12,319 nucleotides of DNA from Octopus sinensis (lineage: Eukaryota). The notes beneath the pieces were generated by a model, which saw nothing but the letters and a program-made list of their open reading frames with translations, made no database searches and had not been told where the DNA came from. The stretch covers positions 1 through 12,319 of the forward strand of contig NW_021826631.1 in NCBI RefSeq assembly GCF_006345805.1. Direction: 5' to 3'. The first letter of the stretch is position 1. Every line of letters begins with the position of its first letter. Both the position numbers and the translations under genes were made by a program. Positions 8,510 to 12,319 of this stretch are shown here, in pieces.

Positions 8510-9242
8510 TTCCGTGTTTGTCAATTCGTGAATTTCACGTTCTTTATATATAAGTTTTATTCTATATTATCGCAGCGTACGTGCACCAATCCATTTATGT
8601 TTGTCATATCTCCACTATTGCACGATGTCTTCAACTTTAAATTCCCTTATCATCCGCCATTGCTTCTTCCTCAAGGTATTTTGGCGCTTCTTTACCAAGT
8701 TATTTTGGCGCCCCTTCCTCTCACCCTCTTTAATTCTTTCTTTCTCTCTCTCTCTTGGTCATTTTTCGGCCCTCCTCAATCCCCCATCTCTCTTTCTCTC
8801 TCGCCTTCTTGCAACCTGCTGCTGCTAAGCCATTCCACTGCTGACAGCCGCTTGTACTACACGTGTCTTCTCTACCGAAAAGGTAACCCCTTCCCACGCT
8901 TGCTGATCAATTGTTTTGTCTCATTTTGTCTCAAAGTCGTAAGAGGCCCCCGTATCATTCCTGTTTTTATTCGTTACTGTTTCCAATTTTATCTTCGTCT
9001 CTTGTTTTCCTATTCGTCTCTGTTGTCACATTCTTTCCTTCTACCAAGCAAATCTAATGCCCATAGCTTAGCTTTTCCTTGGGGCTGGCCTTTTCGGAGC
9101 AAATCTCAGAATTAAACAGTCGAAATTTGCCATGATGAATCGGTTTCTGACTGAAGAATGAAGGCTCTGAATTACTGTCCGTTTTTCCGTGTTTGTCAAT
9201 TCGTGAATTTCACGTTCTTTATATATAAGTTTTATTCTATAT
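8509..9242 (+). mobile_element. 734-bp element bounded by perfect 59-bp direct repeats, embedded in (TA)n; probable Penelope-like or retrozyme-type non-autonomous element
   Basis: 8509-8567 is identical to 9184-9242 (59/59); TA-rich microsatellite on both sides; degenerate hammerhead-like core at 9151-9179. Class assignment and strand are inference. Confidence 0.6.
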
Positions 9243-9261
9243 ATATATATACACACATATA

Positions 9262-9319
<58 letters not shown>

Positions 9320-9597
9320 CAACAATGAGGGAAAAATTAATTAATTATTAATCAATTTCACCAAGTGTTCAGTATGCAAAGGGACCATTCAAGGCGAATT
9401 CAAATTATTACATTATATAAAAGGGCTTAGTAAAATAAATTACTTGCCGCATACTGAACTCATTAGAAATAGCAGCTAAAAAACTTTTTAAAGCTATTTC
9501 TAATACTTAAAGAAATCTCTCTCATATATAGTGTTTGCTTATTCAACTCACAAAAGTTTGGGGGTAAGGACATCGAAAATCAAATGCTAAGGTTATT

Positions 9598-9649
9598 TGA
9601 GAACGTACGTTTCAAGATTAGTCAAAACAACACTTCTATCATCAGCTCA
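9598..9649 (-). ncRNA. Minimal type I hammerhead ribozyme (mirror copy)
   Basis: Exact reverse complement of 9678-9729. Confidence 0.78.
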
Positions 9650-9677
9650 GAAATTCCTTGGAATTCCAAGGAATTTC

Positions 9678-9729
9678 TGAGCTGATGATAGAAGTGTTGT
9701 TTTGACTAATCTTGAAACGTACGTTCTCA
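9678..9729 (+). ncRNA. Minimal type I hammerhead ribozyme
   Basis: Stem I UGAG (9678-9681) pairs with CUCA (9726-9729); core CUGAUGA at 9682-9688; irregular stem II at 9689-9713; GAAA at 9714-9717; stem III within self-complementary ACGUACGU (9717-9724); GUU cleavage triplet at 9723-9725 obeys the NUH rule. Confidence 0.78.
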
Positions 9730-9913
9730 AATAACCTTAGCATTTGATTTTTCGATGTCCTTACCCCCAAACTTTTGTGAGTTGAATTAAGCAAACACTA
9801 TATATGAGAGAGATTTTCTTTAAGTATTAGAAATAGCTTTAAAAAAGTTTTTTAGCTGCTATTTCTAATGAGTTCAGTATGCGGCAAAGTAATTTATTGT
9901 ACTAAGCCCTTTT

Positions 9914-9914
<1 letters not shown>

Positions 9915-9971
<57 letters not shown>

Positions 9972-10032
9972 TGTATATATATATATATGTATATATATAT
10001 ATGTATATATATATATATGTATATATATATAT

Positions 10033-10070
<38 letters not shown>

Positions 10071-10133
10071 CTATATATATATATATGTATAAATATTTAT
10101 ATGTATGTATAAATATATATATATATATGTGTG

Positions 10134-10176
<43 letters not shown>

Positions 10177-10200
10177 ATGGGTGTATGTGTATGTATACGT
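9915..10200. repeat. (TA)n-dominated compound microsatellite
   Basis: Direct inspection. Confidence 0.96.
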
Positions 10201-10642
10201 ATGTCGGCTATTTCTTAAAACTCCAGGAATCAATTTATCTTTCATACTATGGAGTTTATGCAGAATTTAAATACTCTACAAGAAACCTGCTCATTCTTCT
10301 AAAAGCCATGTCCAATCCAAGCCTTTATTGTCTATACATACCAGGGGGGTCCACTTAGAGTTTAAAGATAATAGAATCTCCCGAAAATGTCCGTTTAACC
10401 GTGCCTTACATTAATCTACTTCAATGGTAACCATTAAGATAAGTTTGAATGTACTTTTCGGATATTGGAACTGTACACCTTTTACCAGAAATCGATTTGT
10501 CCCTTTTATCTACTCGTTACTTCTGTATGTTTACTTTATCGATATCTTTCGAATAAGTACAATTCAAGTAGTATAAGCGAAAGAGGTAGATACGAATACG
10601 ATCGAATCGAATATTTTCATCTCATGCATGTCTTTATCCAAC

Positions 10643-10679
10643 CTGAAAAAAAAAAACAACTGTTTCTGGTTCGTTAGTA
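10643..10679 (-). promoter_or_regulatory. Candidate 3' splice site (branch point, polypyrimidine tract, CAG)
   Basis: Minus strand: TACTAAC (10679-10673), T11 (10656-10646), CAG|G with AG at 10644-10643; branch A is 31 nt upstream of the acceptor G. Confidence 0.55.
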
Positions 10680-10709
10680 ATTAAACGGATTAGCGGTAAA
10701 TCGTGATTG

Positions 10710-10905
10710 TATATGTACGTATGTATGTATGTATGTATGTATGTATGTATGTATGTATGTATGTATGTATGTATGTATGTATTTATGTAAGTGTGTGTGT
10801 GTGAGTGTGTGTGTGTGAGTGTGTGTGCGTCTATATGCATGTGTATTTGTATGTAGGCATACATGTAATTATATATGTATGTTCGTGTGTGTTTGTGTCT
10901 GTGTG
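10710..10905. repeat. (TATG)n/(TG)n compound microsatellite
   Basis: Direct inspection. Confidence 0.95.
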
Positions 10906-10978
10906 TGAGTTTTTGTGGTACATTTTGTTTATTTTGTTTCACATAATTTCTTTAATGTCAAATTCTGCTTATTTAAAT

Positions 10979-10981
<3 letters not shown>

Positions 10982-11017
<36 letters not shown>

Positions 11018-11117
11018 CATACTCGCAGAAGCACGTATACATCCATTCACAGACAAATATGTAAATGAATGGAATTTCATTATACATATGTGATATATAT
11101 ATATATATATATTACAT

Positions 11118-11160
<43 letters not shown>

Positions 11161-11255
11161 TCGCACATATACATGCATAACCGCCCCCTCACAATCGCAC
11201 AGGCAGACAGACAGACGGACACGCATGCGCGCGCGCACGCGCGCACGCACACAAC
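10982..11255. repeat. (TA)n, (CAGA)n and (CG)/(CA) low-complexity tracts
   Basis: Direct inspection. Confidence 0.88.
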
Positions 11256-11661
11256 ATACAGACGGATTCGTCTGTGACATTTGGTGTGTCAAACAACATT
11301 CTTCGATGTGACATTTAAAAACAGATTCACTACTCATTATTCATTCTATATTTATATAACTCCTTATCAAAACTATTATATGTATGTGCTTGTGTGAGAG
11401 TGTATGTGTGTGTGTGTGTGTGTTCAACAAAAGTTACAGTAGCAATAACAACATTGGCAAAAACAACAACACCACCAACAACAACAACAAGGGCAATGAT
11501 GGCACCCACAACAATATTGACGATGTTCAGTGTCTCCTCAAACTGCTTTTAGCTAAATTGTGGTGATTGTTGAATAAATGTCAATATATGATTGGTTGTT
11601 TATTTTTAACCCTAGGTCATGTTGAGATGGTTGCTAAGACAGTAAATAGAAACATTCATTC

Positions 11662-11810
11662 ATAGATAGACAGACAAATAGATAGACAGTTAGTTAGTTA
11701 GTTAGGTGGTTAGATAGATAGATAGTTAGATAGATAGATAGTTAGTTAGATATATAGATAGATAGATCGATATATAGATAGATAGATAGATAGACAGATA
11801 GATAGATAAG

Positions 11811-11845
<35 letters not shown>

Positions 11846-11856
11846 TAGATAGATAG

Positions 11857-11915
<59 letters not shown>

Positions 11916-11950
11916 GTAGATAGGTAGATAGATAGATGGATAGATAGATA
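11662..11950. repeat. (GATA)n microsatellite with GTTA/GGTA variants
   Basis: Direct inspection; abuts the LINE 3' end. Confidence 0.96.
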
Positions 11951-12072
11951 TGTTTCTTTATTAGCCACACAGGGCTGAACACAGAGGGGACATATTACAA
12001 AGTAGAGCTTTTCTTTTTGGGGGAGGGAAAAAGAAAAAGAAAAAAGAGGTAGGTTTTCGATCAAAAGGGATC
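11948..12072 (-). mobile_element. Second, very short 3' fragment of the same L1/Tx1-like LINE
   Basis: ATATGTTTCTTTATTAGCCACACAGGGCTG...TTACAAAGTAGAGCTTTTCTTTT...TTTCGATCAAAAGGGATC matches ~241-369. Confidence 0.88.
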
Positions 12073-12274
12073 ATAAAAAATAAGCACACACACATACACA
12101 CGTATATGTTTATATTTATATATGGGCTTGTTCTATCATTGATGACCTGGGGCTAAATTACGTCATCAAACGCAATAGCAATTCAGACGATGACGGTAAA
12201 AAGAACAATAACTACGATATTAAAAGTTCGTAGTCCGAGAAAGACTGTTCTACAGTTTCTTGTTGAACAACCTA

Positions 12275-12319
12275 TGGAAGCACTTTCTTTAGCACTCCGT
12301 CGGTTACGACGATGAGGGT
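12275..12319 (-). mobile_element. 3' end of a third family B SINE, running off the window
   Basis: AGCACTCCGTCGGTTACGACGATGAGGGT is the reverse complement of the family B tail at ~6183-6211. Confidence 0.85.

Larger units (their letters stand above)
9315..9914. mobile_element. Fold-back (head-to-head inverted) Penelope-like pLTR fragment flanked by (TA)n
   Basis: Arms 9418-9663 and 9664-9914 are reverse complements with no spacer (centre GGAA|TTCC), differing by 1 substitution and 5 single-base indels. Each arm carries a PLE-type hammerhead. The minus-strand copy extends ~100 bp further, to ~9315. Confidence 0.75.

Noticed and set aside
8420-9115. 231-aa plus-strand ORF, the longest in the track
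   Set aside because: It starts in a SINE tail, crosses a (TA)n tract, and is L/F/S-rich because the strand is pyrimidine-rich. No RT or GIY-YIG motif is recognisable.
9113-9178. Type III hammerhead fit using ACAGUC (cleavage) with ACUGU and GAAA/UUUC
   Set aside because: It needs insertions in both conserved core segments (CUGAC-U-GA, GAA-UU-A), so the fit is forced.
9345-9378. Second hammerhead-like string on the minus strand (CTGAACA...GAAATTGATTAATA)
   Set aside because: The core is non-canonical (G8 missing) and no stem I pairing exists.
9315-10000. Palindrome as a simple read fold-back chimera
   Set aside because: Symmetry stops at 9418/9914 and the outer flanks are different sequences, unlike a chimeric read. 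It still needs raw-read confirmation.
11258-11291. Two adjacent small hairpins (ACAGACG-GATT-CGTCTGT; TGACA...TGTCA)
   Set aside because: Stems of 5-7 bp next to (CAGA)n repeats are expected by chance.
11425-11525. Asn-rich stretch in ORF 11384-11566
   Set aside because: A degenerate (AAC)n microsatellite.
716-12064. Most ORF-track entries (YIYIYI, HTHTHT, YLSIYLSI, CVCVCV, poly-His/Ile)
   Set aside because: They are translations of di-, tri- and tetranucleotide microsatellites, which lack stops in some frames; no domain signal.
1-12319. CRISPR arrays, rRNA genes, prokaryotic operons
   Set aside because: No repeat-spacer periodicity, rRNA signature or coding density; the window is eukaryotic non-coding DNA.

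Overview
AT-rich eukaryotic non-coding DNA packed with microsatellites and transposon relics. The SINE families and repeat density resemble an octopus/coleoid cephalopod genome (inference from recalled repeat consensus, not verified). No intact protein-coding gene is supported, and nearly all ORF-track entries are microsatellite translations. Supported content: (1) three families of tRNA-derived SINEs, working labels A, B and C; (2) two 3' fragments of an L1/Tx1-like LINE abutting (GATA)n; (3) a three-level nest in which an internally deleted mariner (30-bp TIRs, TA duplication) sits inside a C SINE and itself carries a B SINE with a 12-bp TSD; (4) a 734-bp unit bounded by perfect 59-bp direct repeats; (5) a zero-spacer ~250-bp-arm palindrome whose arms each encode a minimal type I hammerhead ribozyme with a self-complementary stem III, as in Penelope-like elements. 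The palindrome is the most striking feature. A strong minus-strand 3' splice site (TACTAAC, T11, CAG) at 10643-10679 suggests an unannotated exon.
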